Shown in pieces: positions 18,915 to 29,000 of a stretch of DNA of 64,000 nucleotides. The notes under the pieces were generated by a model that saw only the letters and a program-made list of their open reading frames with translations, was not told the origin of the DNA and did not search any database. The stretch spans positions 1-64,000 of the forward strand of contig JBHGAY010000026.1 in the NCBI GenBank assembly GCA_041946735.1, in the 5' to 3' direction. The translations under genes were made by a program, and so were the position numbers. The DNA comes from Candidatus Eiseniibacteriota bacterium (lineage in GTDB: Bacteria > Eisenbacteria > RBG-16-71-46 > CAIMUX01 > VGJL01). Numbering within the stretch: the stretch's first letter is position 1; the number at the start of each line of letters is the position of its first letter.

Positions 18915-19748
18915 ATGCCTCGGTTGGGCTTGGCGTTGGGCGGAGGAGGAGCCAGAGGCCTCTCGCACATCCCCGTTCTGGAGCTTCTCGACGAGCTGCG
19001 CTTGCGACCTTCCATCATCGCGGGCACGAGCATGGGGGCGTTGATCGGCGCTCTCTACGCCTCGGGCGTGCCGGGCCGCCGCATTCGAGAGATGGTCGAG
19101 GAGCACCTGTTCTCGCACGCGCGCGGCAAACGCGCCCGGTTCAAGGAGGGGACCGAGCGGCTGAAATGGATCGGGCCGCTCGTGCCGGACCTTCGCCATG
19201 GAGGAATGATCAAGCCGGACCGCTTCCTGCGGCAGCTCTTCGGCGGGATCACCAGCAGCCGTTTCGAGGACCTGGAGATTCCCCTGGTCGTCGTGGCGGC
19301 GGATTTCTGGTCCGGCGAGGAGGTGATCCTGCGGGAAGGGCCGCTCCTGCCCGCGATCCGCGCGAGCATCGCGCTTCCGGGCGTTTTCCCTCCGCATCTG
19401 CTACGCGGGCGCGTCCTCGTCGACGGCGGTCTGGTCGACGTCCTCCCCTACGATTGCCTCGCCGGGAGCTGCGACGTGACGGTCGCCGTGGATGTGGGGC
19501 GAGAGATGCAGCCGGGCCGGATGGATCTTCCCAACGTTCTCGAATCGATCCTGGGAGCGTTCGACGTCATGCAGTCCGCCGCGCTCGAGCGGCGGCTGGC
19601 GACCCGCCCCCCGGATATCCTCGTAAGCGTCCGGATGTCGGGGATCCGGATCCTCGACTTCGGCAAGGCGGAGATGGTGTTCTTGCGCGCGCGGCCGGCG
19701 GTCGAGGAGCTGCGCCGGCGTTTGGCCGCCATGGGACTCGCCGGCTGA
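18915..19748 (+). CDS. Patatin-like phospholipase (RssA-type)
   Basis: GGGGARG, GTSMG nucleophile elbow, ASIALPG, DGG. Confidence 0.92.
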   Translation: MPRLGLALGGGGARGLSHIPVLELLDELRLRPSIIAGTSMGALIGALYASGVPGRRIREMVEEHLFSHARGKRARFKEGTERLKWIGPLVPDLRHGGMIKPDRFLRQLFGGITSSRFEDLEIPLVVVAADFWSGEEVILREGPLLPAIRASIALPGVFPPHLLRGRVLVDGGLVDVLPYDCLAGSCDVTVAVDVGREMQPGRMDLPNVLESILGAFDVMQSAALERRLATRPPDILVSVRMSGIRILDFGKAEMVFLRARPAVEELRRRLAAMGLAG

Positions 19749-19789
19749 TCTTCCCGCCGTTTGCGAGGCTCGCAGGGCCCGCGACCGAG

Positions 19790-20539
19790 CTAGGAATCCT
19801 GTGAGGGATTCGCCTGAGAGCCGCCGAGAAGGACCGGCGTCTTCGCCGGGGAGCCTTTCGTGGCGCCCGCCGTCATGTCATGAAGCGCCTGCATCCGGAG
19901 ATCGACCTCGGCGATCTCGTCGGCGCAGGCCATCAGCTCACGGGCGACCGACTCGTTCCTTCCGTCTCCGAGCTTGTACGCCAGCTCGTGCTCGAGCGAG
20001 GCCCAGAAGTCCATCGCGATCGTGCGGATCTGGATCTCCGCCTTGACCCGTTCCGTCCGATCCGACAGGAAGACCGGGACGGTCACGATGATGTGCAGGC
20101 TGCGGTAGCCATTCGCCTTCGGGCTCTTGATGTAGTCGGTCGTCCGTATCAGCTCGATGTCGTCCTGGGAGACGAGGAGCGTGGCGATCAGGTAGATGTC
20201 GTCGATGTAGGAGCAGATGACCCGGACGCCGGCGATGTCGGTCAGGTTCTCCCGCGCCGACTCCACGTTCACGGGGAACCCGCGCCGCAGAAGCTTGTCC
20301 ATGATGCTCTTCGGAGTCTTGATCCTCGTCGTGATGGAGTGGATCGGGTTGCGGTCCTTCGTGCACTTGAACTCGTCGTTCAGATTCTCGAGCTTCGTTG
20401 TGATCTCCCGCGCCGCCGCCAGGTAGAGGTTCTCGGTGGCGAGGAATGCGCGAATTGCCGTCACCACCGTGTCGGGCAGGATCCCCGCAGTCACTCCATT
20501 GAAGAGCTGGCTGGCCCGCGACCGTTCGATCTCTGTCAC
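19790..20539 (-). CDS. Small alarmone synthetase (RelP/RelQ-like GTP pyrophosphokinase)
   Basis: RIKTPKSIMDKL, DIAGVRV, DYIKSPKANGYRSLH, EIQIRTIAMDFWASLEH; GTG start with strong RBS. Confidence 0.92.
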   Translation of the reverse strand: MTEIERSRASQLFNGVTAGILPDTVVTAIRAFLATENLYLAAAREITTKLENLNDEFKCTKDRNPIHSITTRIKTPKSIMDKLLRRGFPVNVESARENLTDIAGVRVICSYIDDIYLIATLLVSQDDIELIRTTDYIKSPKANGYRSLHIIVTVPVFLSDRTERVKAEIQIRTIAMDFWASLEHELAYKLGDGRNESVARELMACADEIAEVDLRMQALHDMTAGATKGSPAKTPVLLGGSQANPSQDS

Positions 20540-20597
20540 GATCTGCCTCCCCCTCCTCCCAGCGCGGCCGGATGCTTCGCCGGCCGGGCGAGCAGCC

Positions 20598-21191
20598 TCA
20601 GGACGCCGCCGTCCCGTGGAACTGGAACCGGGCGACGTCGTAGCCCTGGTTCTTCAGCACTTGCTTCGCGCTCTCGATCGTTGCCGCGCCCGGGTCGGCG
20701 GCGCGCGCCAGAATCCAGCCGTACTTGCGATCCGGTGTGCCGACGACCACGTACTCGTAGTCGTCGCCGAGGCCGAGGACCCAGTAGTCGCCCCAGAACG
20801 GCCGGATGCCGAGGAAGCTGACGAAACTGACCTTCAAGCGAGCGTTGCTCGCAGGATCGACGATCTTCGCGACTCCTCGAACCTCGCGGACCCGGCCCTC
20901 CGCATCTACACATCGGTTGATCACGGTCAGGCGTCCATCATCGCGTAGCTCGTAGTACGCCGTGATGTCGTCGCTCGCGCATTGCTTCTGGAAGCGGTTC
21001 GGGATGCGGGCGATCTCGTGCCACAGGCCTGCATAGCGGTTCAGATCGACGCTGCCGACAGGCACCGGAGGCGCAGGCTTCTCTCCGTCGGAGGAAGCGC
21101 CGGCGCCAGCGGCGCGCTCGCCGGTCCCGGAGGCGAATAGGGCGAGGACGGCGAGGAAGAAGGGAACTCCGGAGCGCATCGGGATCGTCAT
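20598..21191 (-). CDS. blc: Bacterial lipocalin
   Basis: VDLNRYAGLWHEIAR, LKVSF, GDYWVL, GTPDRKYGWILAR. Confidence 0.92.
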   Translation of the reverse strand: MTIPMRSGVPFFLAVLALFASGTGERAAGAGASSDGEKPAPPVPVGSVDLNRYAGLWHEIARIPNRFQKQCASDDITAYYELRDDGRLTVINRCVDAEGRVREVRGVAKIVDPASNARLKVSFVSFLGIRPFWGDYWVLGLGDDYEYVVVGTPDRKYGWILARAADPGAATIESAKQVLKNQGYDVARFQFHGTAAS

Positions 21192-21373
21192 GTGGGCCTC
21201 GGATCCTTTCTGTGAGGGACGACGGCGACAGCCGGTGGGTTCCGACCGCCCCGCGACGAGAATACCTTGTCCGGCGCCCGGGTTGAACGCCGTCCGGCGT
21301 GTTGCCTATTCTCGGCAAAGCCGTCGCCACGAATCGATCGGAAGTCACCGGCCGAGTGCCGAGCGAGGTCCGG

Positions 21374-22135
21374 ATGAAGGTCAGCACGTGGAACGTCAAC
21401 GGGATCCGCGCGCGGGAAGCGCAAGCGCTCGAGTGGACCGAGCGCGAGTCGCCGGACATCCTGTGCCTGCAGGAGATCAAGGCGACCCCGGATCAGATCC
21501 CGGCCCGCCTCTGCGAGATGGAGGGCTACTGGTGCTTCTGGCACGGGTACAAGGCGTACTCGGGAGTCGGCCTGCACCTGCGAAAGAGCTCGTTCCCGGA
21601 GAGACCCGACTACTTCCATCCCCCCTTCGATCATGAGAGCCGCTTCGTCGGGGCTCGAATCGGGCGGCTCGTGATCGCCTCGGTCTACGTCCCGAACGGC
21701 GGCAAGGACTTCGCGGCGAAGGTCGCATTCCTGGAGGCTCTCGAGGGCTATGCGGCCGAGTGCCGCGCGCAGGGTATCGATCTCTTGATCTGCGGCGACT
21801 TGAACGTTGCCCGAACGCCGAAGGACGTGCATCCGAAGCTGAGGAAGGAAACCGAGATCGGTCAGACCCCGGCGGAGCAGGCGATGCTCGAGCGGATTCT
21901 CGCGCACGGGCTCGTCGACGTCGGCCGCAAGCTGGATCCCGACAACGACCGCCTCTTCACCTGGTGGGCGCCGTGGCGGAACCTCCGAGAGCGCAACATC
22001 GGGTGGCGGCTGGACTACATCCTCGCCAGCGAGGCGCTCGCCGCCCGGGCGGTGTCGGCGCAGGTGTTTCGCGAGTTCGGAACGAGCGATCACGGTCCGG
22101 TCAACGCCGTGTTCGGGAATCCAACGGCGCGCTGA
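21374..22135 (+). CDS. xth: Exodeoxyribonuclease III
   Basis: TWNVNGIRAR, LQEIK, YVPNG, GDLNVA, FTWW, GWRLDY, SDHGPV. Confidence 0.95.
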   Translation: MKVSTWNVNGIRAREAQALEWTERESPDILCLQEIKATPDQIPARLCEMEGYWCFWHGYKAYSGVGLHLRKSSFPERPDYFHPPFDHESRFVGARIGRLVIASVYVPNGGKDFAAKVAFLEALEGYAAECRAQGIDLLICGDLNVARTPKDVHPKLRKETEIGQTPAEQAMLERILAHGLVDVGRKLDPDNDRLFTWWAPWRNLRERNIGWRLDYILASEALAARAVSAQVFREFGTSDHGPVNAVFGNPTAR

Positions 22136-22347
22136 GAGGCGACGCGCGGTGTAGCGGAGTGTAGCGGAGCCCGCGGGGATGCGGTATCGTTCGCCGCGGT
22201 CGATGGCGTTGCGCCGGCTCCGCAACGAAAGCCGGCTGCTTCCCGAAGGCCGCAGATGGGGCACACGAAGGGGCGTGGAGTCATTCCCTCCGGGGTTCGT
22301 GGAAGGAGCGGTTGAAGATGGAAATGCGCAGGGTTTGGGGCGCATCG

Positions 22348-22860
22348 ATGCGTGGGCGCGGCCGGAAGAGCTTGTACGTAGGTCTCCTCGCGCTTCTGAT
22401 CGGTCCGACTTTCACCGTGGCAGACGCGAGCGCGGACGAGTGGGGCTTCGCGTGGGAGCTTGGCATGGTGACGGCGACGCCGCAGGGCAATCCCTTCGTC
22501 TTTCGCCTGACCGCCGCCAGAAGCTATTCCGATGAGCTGAGCATCGGTCCTTCCGTCTATCTCACTCCTTACGGTGACGACGCCATGTACGCCGGGTCGT
22601 TGAACGCCGAGTTCCACGTGGCGCTCGACGAGATCCGCGTCTCCCCGTTCTTCGGCTTCGGGATCGCGCACCGCAGGACGGACCATGACGACGACACGGC
22701 GCTCATGTTCCCGATGGGGGTATCCGTCGACAAGGAGATCGGCGAAGAGCTTTCCGCCGTCGGGACATTCGGTCTGAATCTTCACGGCGGAATCAAGCTG
22801 GAAGGCGAGAAGGACGACGCGAGCGTCGCCCTTACTGTGGGATTGCGATACGGCCTCTGA
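22348..22860 (+). CDS. Small outer-membrane beta-barrel protein
   Basis: Signal peptide, amphipathic beta strands (SPFFGFGI) and terminal strand LTVGLRYGL. Start uncertain (22312-22348). Confidence 0.7.
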   Translation: MRGRGRKSLYVGLLALLIGPTFTVADASADEWGFAWELGMVTATPQGNPFVFRLTAARSYSDELSIGPSVYLTPYGDDAMYAGSLNAEFHVALDEIRVSPFFGFGIAHRRTDHDDDTALMFPMGVSVDKEIGEELSAVGTFGLNLHGGIKLEGEKDDASVALTVGLRYGL

Positions 22861-22872
22861 TCGGCGATCCGC

Positions 22873-24342
22873 TCAGACCACCTCGAACCGGTCCTGGGGC
22901 GCGCGCCGCGCCCCAGGGATCTCTCCCGACTCCCGCTCGTAGAGCGACCGGCCGTTCCAGCAGTACGTGCAGAGATTCTCGGGTGGAAGCCCGATCGCCC
23001 CGACCATGTCTTCCAGCGTCTGGTACTTCAGCGTCGTCAGGCCGAGGCGTTGCCGGATCCGTTCGATCATCGCCATGCACTTCGGGCTGAGCGGATTCGC
23101 GTACTCGGCGATGCAGTCCGTGTCGTTGCCTTCGATCTCGCTGATCGCTTTGCGACCGGCGAGGTCGAGCTCCGAGCGGGAGCGCGAGAAGTTCAGGAAC
23201 TTGCAGGAGAAGACCAGCGGAGGGCAGGCCGGACGCATGTGCACTTCGCGCGCGCCGGTGTCGTAGAGGCGCTGGATGACGTCCCGCAGCTGCGTTCCCC
23301 GGACGATCGAGTCCTCGCAGAACAACAGCCTCTTTCCCTCGATCTGCTCCCGGATCGGGATCAGTTTCATCTGCGCCACCAGATCCCGCACGCGCTGCTC
23401 CTGAGGCATGAAGCTGCGCGACCAGGTCGGCGTGTACTTCACGAACGGCCTGCGGTACGGGACCCCCGCTTCGGACGCGTATCCGATCGCGTGGCCGACC
23501 CCGGAATCGGGGACCCCGGCAACGACGTCGACCTCGGCGTCGTCGGCGCGCGCGAGCGCCGCCCCGCATCGGACGCGGGCTTCTTCCACGTTGACCCCTT
23601 CATAGCTCGAGGCGGGGAACCCGTAGTAGATCCAGAGGAACGAGCAGATCTGCATCCGGTCCCCCGGAGGAGAAAGCTGCTCCACGCCATCGGGAGTCAT
23701 GCGCACGATCTCGCCCGGTCCGAGGTCGCGATCGACCGCGTAGCCGAGGTTCGGGAACGCGCAGGTCTCGAAAGTCACGGCGAAGGCGCCGGGCTTGCGG
23801 CCGATGACGAGAGGGGTGCGTCCCAGCCTGTCGCGGGAGGCGTAGATGCCGTGATCGGTGAGGAGCAGGACGGAGCAGGATCCGGCGACCTTCTCATGGA
23901 CGTAGCGGAGCCCGTCGAGGAGAGTCTCCTGCTGGTTGATCAGGCTCGCCACGACCTCCGTCTGATTGAACTCGTTGCCCTTCATCTCGCTGAAATGGAC
24001 CGCCTGCCCGTGAAGGATCTCGTCGGCGAGCTGCCGGAGGTTGTCGATGCGGCCGACCGTGACGACCGCGTACCGCCCGTGACGGGAGACGACGAGCATC
24101 GGCTGGTCCTCGTAGTCGCTGATGACTCCGAGGCCGAGGTTGCCGGCGTGCTTGTAGAGATCCGGCTCGAACTTGCTGCGGAACGGCGCGCTCGTGATGT
24201 CGTGAATGTTGCGCTTGAAGCCTTGCTTTCCGCAGACGACGAGTCCCCCGCGGGATGTCCCGAGATGCGAGTGATAGTCGGTGCCGTAGAAGAGATCCGC
24301 GACGCAGTCCTGCTCGCTGGCCACCCCGAAGAAACCGCCCAC
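22873..24342 (-). CDS. purF: Amidophosphoribosyltransferase, MGGFFG-type
   Basis: RDRLGRTPL, GVPDSG, PRPP loop EDSIVRGT, Fe-S-type Cys residues (ICSF, FSCKF, CTYC); GTG start with GGGAGG RBS. Confidence 0.92.
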   Translation of the reverse strand: MGGFFGVASEQDCVADLFYGTDYHSHLGTSRGGLVVCGKQGFKRNIHDITSAPFRSKFEPDLYKHAGNLGLGVISDYEDQPMLVVSRHGRYAVVTVGRIDNLRQLADEILHGQAVHFSEMKGNEFNQTEVVASLINQQETLLDGLRYVHEKVAGSCSVLLLTDHGIYASRDRLGRTPLVIGRKPGAFAVTFETCAFPNLGYAVDRDLGPGEIVRMTPDGVEQLSPPGDRMQICSFLWIYYGFPASSYEGVNVEEARVRCGAALARADDAEVDVVAGVPDSGVGHAIGYASEAGVPYRRPFVKYTPTWSRSFMPQEQRVRDLVAQMKLIPIREQIEGKRLLFCEDSIVRGTQLRDVIQRLYDTGAREVHMRPACPPLVFSCKFLNFSRSRSELDLAGRKAISEIEGNDTDCIAEYANPLSPKCMAMIERIRQRLGLTTLKYQTLEDMVGAIGLPPENLCTYCWNGRSLYERESGEIPGARRAPQDRFEVV

Positions 24343-24442
24343 GTTGCCACCCTCCCGCCGCTCTCCGGAAGACTCCGGAGTTCACCCGTCCCTGGAGGCC
24401 TTGTGCCGACGCCGAGGACGGAAGCGTATTTCGAGCGCGCGG

Positions 24443-24525
24443 CTCAAGTCAATCCGCGCTCGAGTCAATCCGGTGTGCCTCAGGTCAATCCGCGCCTCGA
24501 GTCAATCCACGGCTCAAGTCAATCC
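24443..24525. repeat. Five direct 13-bp repeats CTCRRGTCAATCC in the purF / DUF885 divergent intergenic region
   Basis: Copies at 24443, 24459, 24479, 24496 and 24513. Confidence 0.9.
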
Positions 24526-24565
24526 GGTGTCGCGAAGCGCGGAGGCCGCTGGTAGAATGCGCCGC

Positions 24566-26323
24566 ATGAAAGCCATCCGGCATCTCTCTCGCACGCTGGT
24601 CCTCCCCTGTTTGCTTTCCGCCGCATCCGCCGCATCCGCCGCGTCCGCAGCGTCCGACGCGCCGTCCGGGGCACCGTCCGCCGCGTCACCTTCCGCCGCG
24701 CCGACGCTCGCGACCCTCGCAATCCCGGGCGACGCCTCCTTCGTCACGGTCGCGAAGGACATCCTCGAAGTTCGCTTCGCTCTCGACCCGAGCATCGCGG
24801 CCGGCGGCGGTCTCTTCGAAGACGCAGCGCGCGTGCCATCCTTCGATCCCGGCGCGCTGGCCTCGCTGCTGTCCCGTCTCGACCGAGACAGGAGCGCTCT
24901 GCTCGCGATGGACTGGCGCCGGTGGGACGTCGACCGCCAGATCGACTGGCGCTGGATGTACGCCGCCGCCGAGGATGCCCGGCTGCAGATCGCCGAGGAG
25001 AAGCTGTTCCTGCACCGCCCGGCGTCCTGGCTCGAGCCGCTTGCGAATACGTACATCGCCTTGCTCACCTACGTCCCCGATCGGGCCGATCTGCGCGATC
25101 AACTGACGCGTGCGATACCGGCGATGGTCGACGAGATGCGCGGCGTCGCGCTCTCCCTCACCCAGCGTGACGTCACGATCGCGGACGGCGTGGCAGCGGG
25201 GATCCTCTCCACGCTGGAAGCCGAACCGCCGGGGCCCGATCGGGATGCGGCGATCGCGGCACTCTCGGCGTACATGGCCGAGATCAAAGCGAAGAAGGGG
25301 CTGCCGGAGTACTCGGTCATTGGAGCCGAGCGGTACGAGGAGCGGCTCCATCGGGCCATGCTGCTGCCATGGTCCGCCCGCCAGTTGGTCGCGCTCGCGC
25401 AGCGGGAACTGAACGAGACCGACGCCGCGATCGCCGAGCTGCGCCCGCGCATCTCGCCGCTTCCCGAGCCGACGCCCGAGCAGACCGCCCTCGCGCAGAA
25501 CCTCGATCAAAGGGAAGTGCTGCGTCTCTACGACGACGTCACCCGCGCCGATCGCGAGTTCCTCGACCGCTCCGACGTCCTCACCGTCCCGGCAGGCGTC
25601 GGACCGATCCACGCGCGGCCGACGCCCGAAGCGATGATCCCCCTGACGGGAGACGGCGGGAGCATGAATCCTCCGCCGCCGATGGGCGATTCCAACGTGG
25701 GATGGTGGAACGTCGAGCACTTCCAGGCGGACTGGCCGCTCGAGCGCCGCATCCAGAGAGTCGTGAGCGCGCTGGAGCAGCACCGGACCTGGATGGGCCC
25801 GTACGCCGCTCATGAGGGGGTGCCCGGGCATCACCTGCAGCTCTCGATCGCGAGGCTCCATCCGGATCCTCTACGGAGCCTCCTGCAAGACAATCCGTTC
25901 GTCGAGGGATGGGCGATGTACGCCGAGGAGATGTTCTGGCGTGCCGGAGGTCTCGGCGACTCCCTCGAAGCGCAGTACCGCGTCCTCAACTCCTGGCGCG
26001 GTCGAATCCGGCGGGTCTTCTATGACGTGCACGTCGAGTGCGGGGACTGGACGCTGCAGGAAGGAGCGGACTTCCGGCACTCCGCCCGCCGTGGCCAGGG
26101 CGAAGTGGACGAGGATGTGCTGCGGGCGATCAACTGGCCCGCGCAACTCGTCTGCTACTTCTCGGGCAAGATGCAGATTCTCGAGCTTAAGGAGGCCTAC
26201 CGGAAGAAGCTCGGGCCCGCGTTTACGGAGCGGAAGTTCCACGACGCGCTTCTGGCGGAGGGATCGATCCCGGTCGCCCTGATGCGCGCGAAGCTCCTGG
26301 GCGAACCCGTGCCGGAACCCTGA
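24566..26323 (+). CDS. DUF885 family secreted protein (metallopeptidase-like)
   Basis: Signal peptide; HEGVPGHHLQ, FVEGWAMYAE, PAQLVCYFSG, KFHDALLAEGSIP. Confidence 0.88.
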   Translation: MKAIRHLSRTLVLPCLLSAASAASAASAASDAPSGAPSAASPSAAPTLATLAIPGDASFVTVAKDILEVRFALDPSIAAGGGLFEDAARVPSFDPGALASLLSRLDRDRSALLAMDWRRWDVDRQIDWRWMYAAAEDARLQIAEEKLFLHRPASWLEPLANTYIALLTYVPDRADLRDQLTRAIPAMVDEMRGVALSLTQRDVTIADGVAAGILSTLEAEPPGPDRDAAIAALSAYMAEIKAKKGLPEYSVIGAERYEERLHRAMLLPWSARQLVALAQRELNETDAAIAELRPRISPLPEPTPEQTALAQNLDQREVLRLYDDVTRADREFLDRSDVLTVPAGVGPIHARPTPEAMIPLTGDGGSMNPPPPMGDSNVGWWNVEHFQADWPLERRIQRVVSALEQHRTWMGPYAAHEGVPGHHLQLSIARLHPDPLRSLLQDNPFVEGWAMYAEEMFWRAGGLGDSLEAQYRVLNSWRGRIRRVFYDVHVECGDWTLQEGADFRHSARRGQGEVDEDVLRAINWPAQLVCYFSGKMQILELKEAYRKKLGPAFTERKFHDALLAEGSIPVALMRAKLLGEPVPEP

Positions 26324-26364
26324 TCGTCCTGTAACCTGCGGAACCGGAGATCCCCCTCGTCCTG

Positions 26365-28431
26365 CTACGGGGCGCCGTCTTCCGGCCGCCGGTCGGACCT
26401 TCCTTCCGCACCCTGCAGGATCTCCTCGAGCTTGTCGAAGGTGGCGGGCTTCGCGATGTGGCGGTCGAAGCCGGCTTCCGCCGCCCGCTCGAGATCCTCT
26501 GCCAACGCGTAGCCGCTCAACGCGACGAGCAATGTGCCGCGGAAGGTATCGTCGGATCGGATCGCCCGCGCGACCGCATAGCCATCGAGCAGAGGCAAGC
26601 CGACGTCGCAGAGGACGACGTCCGGGCGGAAGTCCTGGGCGGCTCGCAGGCCGGCGACTCCATCGTACGCCACGGCGACCTCGTGACCGGCGATCGTGAG
26701 GAGCAAGCGAAGGCTCTCCGCCGCATCCCTGTTGTCCTCGATGACGAGCACGCGTCGCGGCCGCACGATCTTCGGACCGCAGAGCTCGGGAGCCTGCGCC
26801 GAGGCGGCGCGCTCGAGCGGCAGCTCGATCCGGAATTCGCTCCCCTGTCCCGGGCCCGCGCTGCGCGCGGAGATCGCGCCTCCGTGCAGCTCGACGATCC
26901 CCTTCGTCAAGGACAGGCCCAGGCCGAGCCCTCCGGCCGTGCGATCGAGCGTCCTGTCCGCCTGCATGAACGGCTCGAAGAGCCTCGCGAGGACGTCGGG
27001 CGCCATTCCCAGGCCGGTATCGGCGACGCGAAGCACGGCGTTTCCCGCGGCGGGATCCGCCGAGACCGAAACGGTCACCGTCCCCCCGTGCTCGGTGAAC
27101 TTGACCGCGTTCTGCAGCAGATTGCCGAGACATTGCTCGAGGCGGCTCCCGTCACCCTCGACATGGATCGGGGAAGCCGATGCTTCGAAGTGAAGGAGGA
27201 CATCTTTGTCTCCGAACGCAGCCCGATGGTCCTCCACGGTCTTTCGCGCCAGATCGTTCAGCTCCACACGCGCCTTTTGGAGACGGATCTTGTTGCTCGC
27301 GATCCGGGTGACGTCCAGAAGGTCGTCGACGAGCCTCGTGAGCTGGTGCACTTGCCGCTCGAGGATCGCTTGCGCGTGCCGCGCGTCGTCTCCACCGGGA
27401 GCCGCGTGGCCGAGGATCGCCAGGGCGGTCGCGATCGGCGCGAGAGGGTTGCGCAGCTCGTGGGACAGCACCGCCAGGAACTCGTCCTTGCGGCGGTCCA
27501 TCTCGCGCAGCGCGTCCTCCGCGAGCTTGTGCTCGGTGACGTCGCGCGACACGCCGCGGAAGCCGAGCAGCGTTCCCGCCTCGTCGAAGAACGGAACGCC
27601 GCTGCTCTCGATGAAGATCGGACGGCCCTTCGCGTCGAAGGCCGTCGATTCCAGACCCCGGAACGGCCGCGGTGATCGCACGAAGCCCCGGAACGCGTGC
27701 AGAGCCGCCTTGCGCTCCTGCACCGGCATTCTGTCGAAGGGAGTCTTGCCGATCATCTGCTGCGGCGGGATCCCCCAGAGCGTCTCCATCTGAGGACTGC
27801 AATAGGTATACCGAGCCTGAAGGTCCATCTCCCAGAGGAACTCGCCCGCGGTCTCGATCAGATCCTGGTGGCGCTCCCGCCTGCCGCGAGCGCCCGTGCC
27901 GGCCGTCTTGCGCTCAGTGACGTCCTGTACGAAGCCCGTCGCTCGCGGCGGCGCTCCCGCATCAGAAGCGATGTACCCGCCCGCGACCCAGATCCATCGC
28001 ACCTCGCCGTCATGCCGCCGGATCCGGCATTCGAGATTCCACTCGCTCTTCGCCGCCATCGCTTCGCGCAGTTTCCGGTCCACCGTTTCGCGATCTTCCG
28101 CGACGACGTGGGACAGGAACGTTTCGTATGTCCACTCGGGGAGGGGTTCAACGTATCCGAAGATCCGATCGTGCAGGAGGGACCGATGGATGCCTCGAGT
28201 CCCGGGATCCGTCTCCCAGACTCCCACCTGCCTGGTCCATGTGGAGTGGGAACCGGACGCATCGACGAGATTGACCGTTTCGGGCTCGCGCTCTCCGATC
28301 TCCTCGCAACGCTCGCCGACCTGCTCGTCGGACTCGGCCGGCGGGGCAGACGCGTCGAGAGGAAGCGCCGGTCTCGCCGGTTCCTCTTCCCTCCCGCGGG
28401 CCGGCCGCCCGCTTTCTCGTCTGCCCTGCAT
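26365..28431 (-). CDS. Hybrid PAS-PAS histidine kinase with C-terminal receiver
   Basis: Two PAS/PAC domains, LSHELRNPL, NLLQNAVKFT, DTGLG, GLGLGL, REC (IEDN, CDVGLP, KP). N-terminus uncertain. Confidence 0.9.
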   Translation of the reverse strand: MQGRRESGRPARGREEEPARPALPLDASAPPAESDEQVGERCEEIGEREPETVNLVDASGSHSTWTRQVGVWETDPGTRGIHRSLLHDRIFGYVEPLPEWTYETFLSHVVAEDRETVDRKLREAMAAKSEWNLECRIRRHDGEVRWIWVAGGYIASDAGAPPRATGFVQDVTERKTAGTGARGRRERHQDLIETAGEFLWEMDLQARYTYCSPQMETLWGIPPQQMIGKTPFDRMPVQERKAALHAFRGFVRSPRPFRGLESTAFDAKGRPIFIESSGVPFFDEAGTLLGFRGVSRDVTEHKLAEDALREMDRRKDEFLAVLSHELRNPLAPIATALAILGHAAPGGDDARHAQAILERQVHQLTRLVDDLLDVTRIASNKIRLQKARVELNDLARKTVEDHRAAFGDKDVLLHFEASASPIHVEGDGSRLEQCLGNLLQNAVKFTEHGGTVTVSVSADPAAGNAVLRVADTGLGMAPDVLARLFEPFMQADRTLDRTAGGLGLGLSLTKGIVELHGGAISARSAGPGQGSEFRIELPLERAASAQAPELCGPKIVRPRRVLVIEDNRDAAESLRLLLTIAGHEVAVAYDGVAGLRAAQDFRPDVVLCDVGLPLLDGYAVARAIRSDDTFRGTLLVALSGYALAEDLERAAEAGFDRHIAKPATFDKLEEILQGAEGRSDRRPEDGAP

Positions 28432-28976
28432 CGGACCGCTTCCCTCAATCCTGGCTCGCGGCCTCCGTCACCGGCCCACTGCGAGAACGAATGCGGGGCG
28501 AGTGAGCGGAGCAAATAACGCGTGTGAGGAGGCGCGTCGTGCTCGGTCCTGGACCGGCGGGAGAATAGCAGGAAGGGGGTACATTCGCTCGTGCAATGAG
28601 CGTCCGCCCCGACGCGGGCGGCGTGGCGAGTCGTGAAAGCGCAGCGGCAGGCGTGTTTCCTGACTGGAGGGGTGGATTTCTTCTCCATTCCGTAGCAGTA
28701 GCGGGGGTCGAGGGGGGGCTCCGCAGGCGTGAAGACTCGCGGGCGGGGCGGTGCAGACCCGGGGTCGCCGCGATCAGAGCGGGGGGCCGCCACGATCCGA
28801 ACCGCGGGGCGCCACGATCGTAGCCGGCCGATGTCGAGCCCCGTCGCATCAGTCCCTGAGTCGGCGGCCCGACATCTCGGCAGCGTGCCCGGCTCGCGCT
28901 TTCCGCGCGTTGCGGCGACTCCTCGACAACACACGGGCTCCTCTGCACTCGCTGCTCGGGCGACACGCGCGAGGAC

Positions 28977-29000
28977 GAATGAATGAATGAATGAATGAAC
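28977..29000. repeat. Microsatellite (GAAT)5-GAAC
   Basis: gaatgaatgaatgaatgaatgaac in an AT-rich intergenic stretch. Confidence 0.9.

Noticed and set aside
18915..19748. Patatin as a CBASS/CapV defence effector
   Set aside because: No CD-NTase or other defence gene nearby; it looks like a housekeeping RssA-type protein.
28432..28970. Small ORFs or a riboswitch upstream of the hybrid kinase
   Set aside because: No recognisable protein motifs, codon bias or riboswitch consensus.
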